From Yuukianura sp. NJ FZ-2021 (taxonomy: Eukaryota), in NCBI GenBank assembly GCA_046563655.1, contig CM102290.1, positions 10,230,001 through 10,294,000 on the forward strand: a stretch of DNA of 64,000 bases, written 5' to 3'. The translations under genes were made by a program, and so were the position numbers. The notes beneath the pieces were generated by a model, which was given only the letters and a program-made list of their open reading frames with translations, was not told the origin of the DNA and did no database searches. Each line of letters begins with the position of its first letter. The first letter of the stretch is position 1. Shown piece after piece: positions 39,701 to 53,386 of this stretch.

Positions 39701-42700
39701 ACAACTTTCCTCCATTACGAGACAACAGTGCTTATCCCACTCGAGATCGAATCGACACCTATCCGCCGTCAAACTACCCACAAACTGTGGACCAAAACTA
39801 CCTTGACCCTGACCTCTCGCCCTATCGATGTCGACACACAGTTACTTACGAGAAGATTGTTGGCTACACATATAACGGAGCCAGAAAGTAAACACTTGGC
39901 GCAAAACCACAATCAGAATTTGAAAATTTTGATTTTTTCTATTAACTAACTATGATTTCCATTTTTTTTCCATTTACAGAGAGACTATTCCCAGCAGAAC
40001 GGATGTGGGTGTGACAGGAGAATGTCTCAAAGAATGCGATCATCTGCGTGAGAGATGTCTCGCAGTAAGTATCGAACCACTGCGCAGTACTGGCCAACGC
40101 TGCTTCTCACTGGACCGGTCGTCAGAAGCTGATTCTTCCCTGCTTCATCCCGTTCCTGATCTGGTTCACTTTGAAAAAATTTGTTTGCGCGGTAAGAAAT
40201 AAAAATCACTAACTCAAAAACTCAACACCTTAAAAACATGGTTCCATTCTGGCCCCAACTGGAATTCAATTTCAACTGCCTTTTTTTTTAGAACGCGGTT
40301 GTGGAAAGCTTTGGACATTTACTCGTGTTCCGGAATACGAATTGGCAGGCCCGGGAGATTTGGAACTGCGAAACATCTATACTCGACGTCAATGTCAAGA
40401 CGAATGTCTACGCAGTGTGCGGACCGTTTGTGCCTCAGCAACATACTACTCAAGGGAGCGACTTTGCAAACTAAGCAGTGAAACACGCAGAACTCGGCCC
40501 GAAAGCTACCGAAAAGCTAGTCCAGACGTCGATTACATGGAAAACGAATGTGCACCAAGTGAGTTTCAACAGAATTCTTAAGCTGAAACAGTGCCAAACT
40601 GCATTTTCCCCCAAATTCGTTTCACCTAACACTCGGAAACGATAAATTGAACTTTCTATTTCAGTTCCACCACATTGCGAGTACACCGATTCGCCTGGTC
40701 GCTACTTGCCAGCAGCTGACCGACTCGTACCCAGGATTTTTGCAGCCGAAGAATGTCGTCGAGCCTGTGATACCGAAGCTGAATTTACTTGTCGTGCCTT
40801 CACATTCCATTCGTACCGACGAGACTGTCTCATCAGTTCAGACGATACGCTATCGTCAAGCCAAGCTCTCATTCCTGATCCAGATTTCTTTTACAGTGAA
40901 AAGGGATCTTGCAACAACGGTTAGTTTAAAACTATTTTTCAAACATTTTCTTAAAAACAAAACCCGCGAAGATTCATAGTTCTTTTTTGAAATTCAGTTC
41001 GTGTCGACTGTACCCCATCCGACATGCTGGTGACAATCAACTTTGGGACGCCATTTGCCGGCCGAGTTTTTGCAACTGGAAACCCGCAATCTTGTTTTGA
41101 AATGGGCGGAGACAGAAGTCAAGTCGTTTTGCGGATTTCTCTTGGAACGCAGTGCGGAACGCTTCAGCAGGCAAGGAGAACGTTACAAATTCTTGAAGAC
41201 CCAGTTTGACGTCTGGCCTGAACGTATTTTTTCTAATCAATTGGAATTTGACATTGTTTGTTGCAGGGGCGTGGTCGATATGTAAACCACGTCGTAGTGC
41301 AACAGAATCCTGTAATCATGCAAGAGTCAGACAAAACCGTTCGAGTTGAATGCTCTTTCGATGCCAATGACCAAACAGTGTCCTATGCTCCCAATGGCGG
41401 ACTTGGTCCAAAAGATCACGAAGGCGGAGGAATTTCAGTAACGTAAGTTAGTAGTTCAAAAATAGCATTCTCTTTAACAATAGAAAACTGAAAACAATGG
41501 ACATGGTCAAAGGTAACAATGAAACTAGATCATTCACTCGACAATTTCCGCTAACTTTCCAACAATCATGATACTTCCGGAGAAAAACAATCCTGCATTG
41601 TCTAATTCCAAATTTCAAGGTTTTCAATCTTCGGGGGGTCGATTTTTAAAAACCCCTAAGTTTAACACATTTTTTCCAGATCAGATGATTTTCACACATC
41701 TTTTTTTGTCTAAATGACCTTAATTTTTTGTGATCTGTTTTACAGAGTACCATTCAAACCATTGCCTGGAAATAACATCGTAACCAATACAGCTCCAACT
41801 CCAAACGTACGCATGCGGATCATAATGAGAAACGGACAAGATGCTTCGGTTGTTGGGCTCGGAGAGGAACTGCAACTCCGAATTGAGATTGACCCGTCAA
41901 GTGCCTTTGGCATTTTTGCAAGAAATCTAGAAGCCAGAACGGAATTTGGTGAACTTTTGACCCTCATTGACAATATTGGGTAACGTTTACAGACAGACTA
42001 ACCTCACAAACCTAGCAACCTAGCTACAGAAAGTCTAAAAATTGCATAATGTATTTCTCAGATGCCCTCGTGATCCGAACGTCTTCCAATCTCTAGAGGT
42101 TGATCCAGGAACTCGGAATTTATTTGCAAACTTCAAAGCCTTTCGATTTCCCTCCACGGCCACTGTTAACTTCGTCGCGACTGTGCAATTCTGCCAAGAT
42201 TTATGTCAACCAGTAAGATTTGAAAAAATGGATTCATTTTTTACAAAACAGTTTTCATAAAATCACTGTTTCAGGTGAGATGCCAAGGAGCAGATTCGTT
42301 TGGAAGGAGGCGACGGTCAGTAAATTCGACAGACGTTACAGGAGAACAAATCACACTCACAGCACCCATCATTTCCCGCCTTCCTGCCAACAACTTTTCA
42401 ACTACAACGCTCCCTAGCGTTCCACACGAAAAATACAACGTTTTCCAATATGGGAAACCACGAAAAGAACCCAAAGAGCCGTTGACTACCACGGAACAAC
42501 CAAGTACGCCCTAAAGTTTATTTTCAAGATTTCCGATGTATCGAAGTTAAAGCTTTTTCAAACCATTTATATTTTTGTTCCAGATTTGTTGGAAGAGCGA
42601 CGCTGGAATCCTAGTCCTAGGATGGAACACCGTGAAAATCCACCTCCACAGACCAGCTACGAGCGATATCCAATGCCTACTACGACTGTCAGCTCCGCTT

Positions 42701-43400
42701 CTGCTATCTCTACTTTGGACACAGTAGCCGATGCCGAACAAAATCGAATCTCGCCGAACCAGGTTTTACATACTTTGACTACAACCGCCGCCCCCAAAAC
42801 ACTTCCTGATCTTCCTGGAGCACTACCCATTCATTCCAAGGTACAAAGATGAAACAAACTTTCAAATGGACTATGTTAGTAGAAAACTAGTTTAAAAAAG
42901 TCAAACAGAAATTGAAAACCCATCTTTCTCAGCTGATTGTGATTCCTCGAGCCATGGACGACACCAACATGCCAATGAACACAGAGGAAACAGGAGGTCG
43001 TCGAGGGTTCAACAACGGGAGCATGTCATACGACGACCAAAGTGGAGCCAGTCGATCCGAATTAGGCTACCCGCCAGGCTACATCTGCAGCAGCAAGGGA
43101 AGCGTCGTCGGTGCAGTCGTCACTGTTCTGCTTCTTCAAATTGGACTCATCGCGGGCTTCTGGCTCTTCTATCGCTCTCGGCAGCGACTCTGGGACAAAG
43201 CCAATGGAATCAGCAGTGAATCACATTTTCCCGCCGCTTCCGTACATGGAACCTCCAACACAGGATTCTCAACTTCCCCAGAAGTCATCTTCAGAAACGT
43301 CTATGATCGACTGTCGGCTGGCGGTCGGAGACCGTTTCTCATCCCCTTTCCCAATTCCCACGCTAGAACACATCACCACCAACAGGAAACAGAGGACTAA
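33796..43400 (+). CDS. Large apical extracellular-matrix protein with multiple PAN/Apple domains, a ZP domain, a furin site and a transmembrane helix (NompA-like); start codon tentative
   Basis: Signal-peptide-like exon at 35443-35521 (SVLSLFLVAAFFPSGIQG), repeated PAN modules (C...C.....F.CRSA.Y......C.LS.E.R...P......DYLENQC), ZP domain (PFAGRVFATGN, FKAFRFPS...VNF.ATVQFC), RRRRS furin site and TM segment (VVGAVVTVLLLQIGLIAGFWLFY). Stop at 43398-43400. The start is proposed at ATG GAG ATC CAG|GTGAG (33796), which is in phase with the next exon. Confidence 0.85.
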
Positions 43401-44466
43401 TCGTCGTCACTACAACTTAAACTGCACAAATAATCTAACCTAGTCCATAATCTCTCTTTTTACACTTTTGAAATAGAAATTAACCTAGCAGAGAAGTTTA
43501 GACAACGGCAAGTCTAATGACTCCCGTTTCAAAAATGCAACCAAAGTTCTTTCACATCAAATTCAAAAGCACATAAAATAGATAACTTGCAGCTTTCTTT
43601 TTTGGCACATCTTTATCAATAAGTAAAAAATTCACTTTCATAAATAAATGAACAGTAATTGCACATAATTTCATCGGAAATGCTGTGACGGGTAATGGAT
43701 AAGAACGTTTTAGAGTTGTATATTCCTGAATCTTTTAGACGTAAGGACACAGCTAAATCTAGTTTTCTCATTGGCCAACTTTTGGTAATAAAACAATCCT
43801 CCTTCCACAAGTCTACCGGCAACTAACAAATTACTATTCAACATTACCACAATGCTATTAGCAAAACCTAAAACCCGGGTATGGAATGTCGGAAAAGTTA
43901 GAAAACATCCTAACAAGTTACAATAGAGGCAAGCTTGTACGGAGCATAAGTTCTGTAATTATGAACTTAATTTAATTAAGCTCATGCTCATTTAATTAAG
44001 CCTTAATAACTTTACTAAATACTGCGAGACAACGAAATACATTAAAATACACTAAATCCATGGCTATCAAATCACTAAACTGGGAACGGGGAGGGGAGGC
44101 TGTTCTCACACTTCTAGCCGAAGCATATGATGGTTACATTATTACATTCTTATTTACATTGACAAGTAGAAAAAAAAGCCGGCTGACCTTGAGAATTGTT
44201 CATAACTTGGACTCGGTTGATGGAGATGGAAACCGAAATGTGAGTTTCAGTTGACAGAGCGGAGATACCAACCACGAGCAACAAAGTCTATTATCGTTTC
44301 CTCTCTAAACTTCAATAACGTCACTACAAATTATATCTAATTTCTTAAACAAGTACCCAAGTACCGTTACCTTACAACCGAAACTACGAAACTTGTACTA
44401 TTAAACTTATTAAACTTATAGGCACAACAATTAAGAACAGAGTTGCACTTCTGTGAATCAAGAATC

Positions 44467-46243
44467 ATGTTAGAACAAATAACGATCCTGACAATTACTG
44501 CATTCGCCGGTCAATTCTTATATGGGATTGTTCAAACATACAATCCTGGAAGTACCCTCTTCTCATGGCATCCGCCATTGATGATCTTGGCAGTAAGTTA
44601 ATCCAATAAGTTATGACACCGTTTCTTACTAAACTGGTAGCAATAAGTCAACTACAATTACAAATTTACAACACAAGAACACAACTAACCATGGATGATA
44701 GAGAAATTTTTAACCTGTTGTTGTCTTCCTTGTGTTACTAGCAAGTCATCGCCATTCAGTCAGTTCTGATGTTCAAGTATATTCCTCGTAGCTGGAGAGT
44801 CACTATTCACGGAATCATTGCAGGTAATCACGAATTACAAACTAATAAAGTGACAAGTAATTGGACACACTGGATGGAGGAAGACTGACGAATCGTCAAT
44901 TGAACGATGAAGAACACAGAGGAAAAGACTAGACGTGGGGGATGGAGGAAAAAAAGACAATGGCGGCAGACGACAAACGAAAGGAGGGAGAGCGAGACGA
45001 AAGAATAACGAAAAGGAGGGAGGAAAGTAACGTCAAGAAGGACGCTTCTTTTTTCCCTCCTTTTTTGAGGGGTGGGAAAACGAAAACCAAACGACTTCGG
45101 GCTGAGGACGCGGAGGGAAAAAAGCGACGCGCGTCAAAAAAGAACACGCGGGATGCTCAAATGAACAATTTGAATTTATACATTATTCCGTGTATTCTGC
45201 ATTCTTTTATTTTAGGTTTGGCCACTTGTCTTTTCTGTGGAGGCTTTTACGCCATCTACCAGAACAAAATCAGCTTCCAAAAATCTCATTTCACTTCCTG
45301 GCACGGTTTCTTTGGTAAGCTAAATACGTAATCACTCGAACGGGCAGACCTCGTTAGATTAGTCAGTTCCAGTAATTAATTAAACGAATAAACACCAGAT
45401 CAGTTTCTAATAACGCGGATGCTTAGCGGATTTACCCTTCCAGCCGTAAAAACATGTTTCAAGGTTTTGTCCAGTGTAAACTAGTAAAATTCGCGTTGCT
45501 CTTGCGTATCACATCCATTCCCGCACATCACAGGGGTAAAATCATGGCCAAAATGACGCCGTCAAATATCTGAATATTGTCATCCACAGGGGCATATTCA
45601 TATGTGAAATCATTATCAAAATGAAAAAAAATGACGAGGGCCGTAGTATCAGTATCCTCACATTGTCGTTCTGACATTGTCTACCAAAATGACGCAGCAA
45701 TTTAGTACATCATGGGGGAAATCATTGCCAAAATGACACAGCCACTTAGCACATCACGGGGGAAATCATTACCAAAATCACGCAGCCAAATATCTGCATA
45801 TTGATTGATGTTTTTAGCTAATTAAGCTAATACCATCAATTGTTCCTAAAGTTTATATTATATGAGAGTTACATATTACAGTGTACTCTTTCTTACGAAG
45901 TTTTCCGAACCCGATTCATAATTATCACTCTAACCTTAACCTTATTACTTAACTTCCTGTTTAATTTCTAGGAGTGATGACCCTTGGTCTCATGGTGTCG
46001 CAATCTGTGTTTGGAACAATCCTCGAATATGGGAAGCCGCTACTGAAGAAGCTAGAGTTAGTCAAACCCATCAAGATGGGCCACTACATAAATGGCTTGG
46101 TGTCGCTGCTCATGTCGTTCGTGGTTGTCATGCTGGCGACAGGCAACTGGTTTTACTGTATCACCGTCGCAGTCCCTGTAACTATTTTTACCCTCCGTGT
46201 CCTCAAAAACCGATTGTGGAAAAACAAGCCTAAGAAAAATTGA
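44467..46243 (+). CDS. Cytochrome b561 domain-containing membrane protein (CYB561D1/D2-like), 4 exons
   Basis: Heme-ligand His motifs LFSWHPPLM, R..IHG, KSHFTSWHG and K.GHYING sit between hydrophobic helices. Exons lie at about 44467-44592, 44742-44823, 45216-45314 and 45972-46243. Confidence 0.75.
45523..45803. repeat. Degenerate ~42-bp minisatellite in an intron of the cytochrome b561 gene
   Basis: About 3-4 copies of (C/T)ACATCA..GGGG..AAATCAT..CCAAAATGAC.C near 45523, 45706 and 45749. Confidence 0.6.
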
Positions 46244-46869
46244 GCCTCGCTGTTTCTGAGCACACTACATAGCTGGATATGCTTAAGACTAATCACTTAC
46301 TATTAGTAAGTACTTCAATTATTCCTTTCATTTAACATGAAAGGAGCATAAAACTGTTTTAATGTATGCTCCAAAATTCCATCCTCAAGCTCAAAGTTAG
46401 TTAAATAAGCCCAGAAAAATAAATGCGTAAATCAATGAAAACTAAACACAGAGTACTTCATATTAACAACGTTTACAATAGCTTTCACTTGATAATTATC
46501 CTCTTAAAAATTCTGGATATCCACCGCTGTCATTCTGAAGAAAAAAAAGTTACCAATTTTAAAGATTTCGTTGCCAGGACAACCCCTTGCACATCAAAAA
46601 TGTTGTGTGCGTAATCCTTACATGTTTCAGCTTCTTTGTCTTCTCCTCAGAGGTCATTCAACTCAACTTTTCCCGTCAGTCTCTACGTGGATTTCATAGT
46701 GGAAGGACCTGCCTCGGCGCTCGCAGTTCATTCTTTGTTCTGAGACAGTTGACCTCTTGTACAAAATCTCCAACTAGTTGACCTGTGGTACAACGTCACC
46801 AGCTAATTGCCAGCCAGTTAGTCGAACTCGGCACTGACGTCCAGCCATCCAGTCTAAAAGAACTCCAAA

Positions 46870-47736
<867 letters not shown>

Positions 47737-48702
47737 ATGCTCAATTTCAATCGCATCTCAAAATCAAATCAAAATCTGCAAAACTAAGCTAGTCAAGAAG
47801 TTCCTTTCAAACTACTACGAGATTAATAAGAAACGGAGGGAATATAGTTATAAATAGATACCTAAATGTGAGTCAGTACAATTCCTATACTACTAGTATG
47901 CAACGAGTAAATCGAATCCATTGTTGATTTTTATAATTTTTTCAAACAGTTCTTTGAACCTGAATTGACTTCTTCAATCTTCAACTAAACTGCGAGATGA
48001 TGTGTTTCGTTCTAGTAACTACTAATTTCGTTTCCTATTCATTTTTTTTTTACCAACTCTGAATTCTAGTCAACAATTTCCTACCGGATTAAACTTAAAA
48101 CCGTAGTTTCTTTCCCTTTGGAGTATAATTAACCTGGTTTATCGAAATGAAGTTGGAAGTATCTCTTACCTGTTACAGAAGAAAGTAGATGATTGATATG
48201 TCAGCGTCTGCTTATTAGGCTTGAATTTGAGTCTGACTGCAGTACAGTCCGTTGCATCCGATGGGACGACGGACCCCTTGACCTTTAACCTCCGGTGGGA
48301 ATGGTACCAACTCGAGCTTCCGATTTGTTAATTTAATGTCCAAAGTCGACTTGTACTTCTATAGTCGTCTGTGACAACTGTCAAAGCCAAGTAAACCACG
48401 TTCTGTGTGACCTTGATCAAACAGCTGATGATATCAGAGCGTGAGAATCCACAAGAGAAACCGGTACTACTCTGGCACAATAACCGCACGTCTGTAAAGT
48501 AAACAAACAGAAACATAAACATGACATACTGCCTCTGATTGTGTGCCTCCGTAAAACATGTAGAGTCATGATTATTCACACGTTCATTCGTTTCACCTGA
48601 ACTGGAGTCCTGGAGCAATATTCAGATGAACATCCTGTGTCTAGACACCGTTCATCAGGACATGGACTTCCTGGACAGAAGAAGAGGAGATCGTCCGTCG
48701 CG

Positions 48703-49964
48703 ATGGCCAAGGCCAGAACGCCCTCCAAGAGTCCCTCCGTCATTGTTGAATTGGCAGAATCGGACGATGAAATTGACGTCAACAATAACCTAATCTGCGA
48801 CGACAGTACTCGACTGTCTCCCTCTCCGTTGGGATCGACAGGAAAACGTCGACTGGCTGTTACTGACGAAGACTTCAAAACCACACGCCGCAAATCTTCT
48901 GCTTCTCGCTACGGCTTTGATGAATCCTTCATAGAACTCGTCGCAAAAGAATGTCAACTTTTCCTTGAGACGGAAAACGTCCTTGGCAGAGGCAGCTTCG
49001 GAACAGTTGTGGCAGCAAACTACCAAGGTAATGTCGCCAACAAAGCTCCATTAGAGAAAGGCAAGCAAAAGCAATGTCGAACTTTGACTTTTTAGGAACT
49101 GAAGTAGCTGCCAAGATAGTGGACACCAAATGCAAGCAACATGCAGACTCCGTGAAGAACGAGGAAAATGGTCTTGATCTGGCAGGTCACCCACATGTCG
49201 TAAACGTCCTAGATATCTTCAGACTGGGTCTAAACACGGCCATTATCATCCTTCCACGACTGCGCAAAGGCAATCTCCTCACGATCTTAAATAAACGGTC
49301 ACCACCGACACTTCCCACAGTAGTCACGTTTGCGTTACAAATTGTGTCAGCTATTGGCTTCTGCCACGCCCATAACATCTTGCACCTTGACATCAAGCCG
49401 CAGAACGTTCTCATCGACTTCTGCGATAACCTTCGACTGGGTGACTTTGGGAATTCTCGTAAAGTGGAAGACCTTCAACTTTCGTCCACCCTGACCACCG
49501 TAAGAACTACGCAACTAATTCATTATAGTTCACAAATTAAGCCCAGTTTCGTTTTCAGTTGGATGGAACAGTGGCGTACAAAGCTCCGGAACTCTTCTGT
49601 GGCCAAATTCCTAGCACAAAAGCCGATGTCTACTCTTTTGGAATAACGCTGTGGCAAATTCTTGAAAGGGAAACGCCCTATCTGGGATATGATAACCACA
49701 CAATCATCTACAAGGTTACTGAACATCTCGAATTGACAAACCATCTGACAATTGTAATCGTCAAACGTCCTTTGTAAAAGATGAATTTAAATTTAGGTTG
49801 TGGCAGAACAGTTTCGACCGTCGTGGACTACTAGCAAAACCTACGGTATGGATGAAACTTTCTGGAAACTTCATTCTATCGTTACTACCTGCTGGGATCA
49901 AATTTCTCAACGGCGGCCAGAAATAGCAAGCATAGAAGCGCAACTCGAAGCAATTTCGAAATAG
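48703..49964 (+). CDS. mos: Mos-like serine/threonine kinase, 4 exons; start codon tentative
   Basis: LGRGSFGTV, VAAK, HLDIKPQN, LGDFG, GTVAYKAPE, KADVYSFGITLWQ, PY....HTIIYKVVA..FRP and CW.....RRP. The HLD (rather than HRD) catalytic loop and the C-terminal motifs fit the Mos family. Confidence 0.78.
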
Positions 49965-50153
49965 CTGAAGCTTTGAAAGCTCAATTCGTTCATTGAGAAC
50001 ATCCAAGCAGCGAGACTGATCTCAAAATAAGCTTCAAATTAGAAAATTTTTATACTGACCTTTTAGAATGTATTTAATAATTACTTTAAGGGCACACAAG
50101 TTAGTTGTGGGGAACATGGATCGTAGAGCCAGCATCTGAGAGATCCTTCATCC

Positions 50154-50738
50154 TTACTCTGGCATTTCTCCTCCTGGGATTAACTGAAATAAATCAAACA
50201 TTTTTTACTTTGCCTTATCCATACTGTCTATGTCACAACTAATTTCAGTATTGACATACCATCGTAATGTTGCTTCCATTGAGCAAGATTTGTTCCAATT
50301 TCGTAACTCGTCGGCCCTCTGACGTCTGTTCGTACTCCGTGACGTCCTCCAGAACCATGTTTACGTAGTCATCAAATCCCAGAAGTGTGCCCACCAACTC
50401 CTTCTCATTCTTCATCAAGATGTGAATGCGAGATCCAATGCACTTGTCTACCAATTCTGCGAACAAATAAGGAGAAATGACTAACTTGTGAATTGAGGGA
50501 TGGCGATCGGACGGAAGGAATCACCCGATTTGTTAATAACACCAACACAGAGGTGGGTGGTAGTATACTGTCGCAATTTCACTAATTTTGACGACTGCCT
50601 GAGCGAGTGCCATAACGATTAAATACTACATATCGATGATCAATGATTAGAAATCTTATCGGTTAGGTAAAGATGCAGCGGCTGCGGCTTACCAAGAGGA
50701 AGAAGCGATGAAACATTTGTTGCAGATGCAGATGCCAT
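50154..50738 (-). CDS. LSm5: U6 snRNA-associated Sm-like protein LSm5, 3 exons
   Basis: The spliced product reads [56 protein letters not shown]...[20 protein letters not shown]. Confidence 0.96.
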
Positions 50739-51746
50739 TATAAGTAAGCAGATAGGCTACGCTTCAAGAAAACTTGTACTTAAGAATACCTAAATAACGT
50801 TTAATTATCGATAGATAAACGATTAATTATAAATCGATAAAAACGAGGGAAAGAGTACTGAAAGGAAACGAGGATGTTTTCTTGTGTTGTTGTGTTGTGT
50901 CAAATTCAATGTCAACCCGTTTCGCAATTGCGGTTGAAGTAAGGTGTAATGACCATCACTGTATTTTCACAGTGCAGTCACTTTACCACTACGATGGGTC
51001 ACCTATTATGGTGGCTACAATGTTCGGCAATTTGTGTTGCCACTTCAGTTTAGGCTAACATGGCTGTAAAAGTTGCCACTGCGGAGAGCACTCTCCAAAA
51101 AAGCTAAGATGACTGACTCACCCAACTGTGCAGGCACACCGACTGTCGTTAAACCTTAACACCAACCTCGTTCTCTTTTTCGTCCTCGTTTTCGTCTAGT
51201 TTTAAATCTCTAATAAACCCGCCGAGCTTTCTCGCGCCAAATGAAAATCTCACAACCTCGTAAAATCATACACATCTATAACGCAATAGAAAGGAATGCA
51301 AAAAAGCGTAGAAAGAATGAAGCCAAAGCAGGAACTTTATTTAAGAATTCATTAACTAAATTAAATAACTAAATGAATTGTTGCTATTAATATATAGTAC
51401 AAAAATTAACTTCTTTCTAAATGTTGGGATACATTTACCTGGGTGCTCGGGACCTTATAACTCCAACATGAAATCGACTTCAGTGAAACTACCTTTTACG
51501 TTGACGCGAGGAATTCATGTCTATATGACAATTAATTAGAAATATATCTGTTTACATCGATTCTGAAGACCTGGAACCTTGTCCAGCACCAACAGCTGAT
51601 GCAGCACATCATCATACTTTCCGTATCCCTTTCGTTACCCACCTCCTTACCTTAAATCCCATTTGAAAAGTATTGGATTTGTACAGCAGAATTATTCTTC
51701 TTAAGATGAAAATCAAATGGTGTAAAAGACAAGTGCAGATGAAGAT

Positions 51747-53386
51747 TCAATGAATCAGTCCTAGCGTAATTTCTTCTTCGACTACCATTTGGTTTCCTGG
51801 AATAGACACAATTCCATGCTCTTCTATGATGGAGATAGTTTGAACAGCAGCCGATTCTTGAATTTGTTGTTTTGTGAATGTTTCGTCAACACCGTCGACG
51901 TCAGTGGCAACACGATTCGGATTCTTCTTGCACTTCTTTCTGAGATGCCCAGGAAGACTGGAGAGGCGCTTGAAGTGCTCTCCACAGTACTGGCACTCAT
52001 GTGGTTTAAATCCCATGGGGATACTGTGCACGTAATGCTCGTGATTCCGATGGTTTCGAGAATCTTTGAAGGTTTTGGGGCAAAAACGGCATTTGAAGGG
52101 TCTTGTCTTTCTGTGATAAAACTTCATATGATTGTGGAGACCTAGAAGTGATTAACCAACATTAATTCGCTAAAATGCAACTGCGGGCTGCAGTCTGCAG
52201 CATGCTTAACCTACGACGTTGAACTCAGAACGGAAAAGGTGAAGGAGTAGAAATAGGAATCTTAATTCAAAACATTGCCAGTACCCAGTTTGTTCTTGAA
52301 GCTGGCCTTGCAGCTTGGTAGTTTACAGACGAAGGGACGTTGCTCTCCGTGAATCAGCTCGTGATTTTTGAGTAAATAACTAAAGTAGTACCTGAGTGAA
52401 GGAAAAAAATCAATTAGTCAAACAGTGTTCCGTCAGAACAAAAAAAAAAGGTGAACAGTAAGCCCTCATACGCTTTCCCGCAGATTCCACATTGAAATTC
52501 CTTCTCACGGTCACCAACCTCGTGGGTCAATAGAAGATGTCTCCTGAAATAACACCAACAATGTAACCAACGAGTAATATCACGCAAGTGCATTAAACAA
52601 CATACGTTAGATTTGCGTTTTTGTCGAATCCGGCGTTGCAATATGGACATTTGAACTCCTTTGAAGAATTGTCCACCACTCGAGTTCTTCTTGCCACTTC
52701 TTCTTCTGGATCCGGTTCTGGATAATATTCTTCTAAGTACTCCACAACTTCTGATAATCATAAAAGATGCACATGATTAGTACAGTTAACAGACATTTAT
52801 CAAAACTTCGAAAAAAAAAACACATACACACACACGTGCTACCTTATGTTATAAACTACAAAGACAACGAATATAATAGAGCATTACATTATTAGCATAT
52901 ATATGTAGGAAATTAACCTATTTCAGCGGCAGCCGCGGCTTCATCAGCAGCATCCTGATCAGTGTCTGTACCCTTATCGTCCTTGCGAAGCGCTTTTTCC
53001 ACCACGCTGTTGAGAAAGCTCGAGTCCACCTTGGCATTCTCGAGTAATTTGAGAGCACTGTACAGTTTAGCCACGATGAGTCCACAAGTAAGACAGAGGC
53101 CTAACTTGGGATCGATGAGTCCAGCAAAAGATTGGCCGTATTTCCAAGTAAAGATCTCCTCAAGTCCAGTATAAACATCAACGATCTTGTTTTCTGTGGG
53201 CACTGGTTCTCCGTTCTCGTTCGTAACAGTAGTAGGCGTTAAACCAACCTCCTTCTCGGCATCCGCTACGTTCAAAACGAATTTTCTCGTTTTCCGAAGA
53301 GTAGGGCTGAACTTTTTATTGCAACAGCCGCAATAGTCAATTAGGGTCGTATCGGGTGCCGGAACTTGTTTCCTACTTCTGCCCAT
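51747..53386 (-). CDS. C2H2 zinc-finger transcription factor with an N-terminal CxxC...CxxC (ZAD-like) region, multi-exon
   Basis: The N-terminus has CGCC...CLTC. Tandem fingers follow: FKCPYC..., FQCGICGKA...H...H, RPFVCK..C, RPFKCRFCPKTF....H...H and KPHECQYC. Confidence 0.85.

Noticed and set aside
44942..45215. Charged K/R/E-rich ORF upstream of cytochrome b561 exon 3
   Set aside because: It lies in the intron between the GT at ~44824 and the AG at ~45215. It is a purine-rich stretch that happens to be in frame with the exon.
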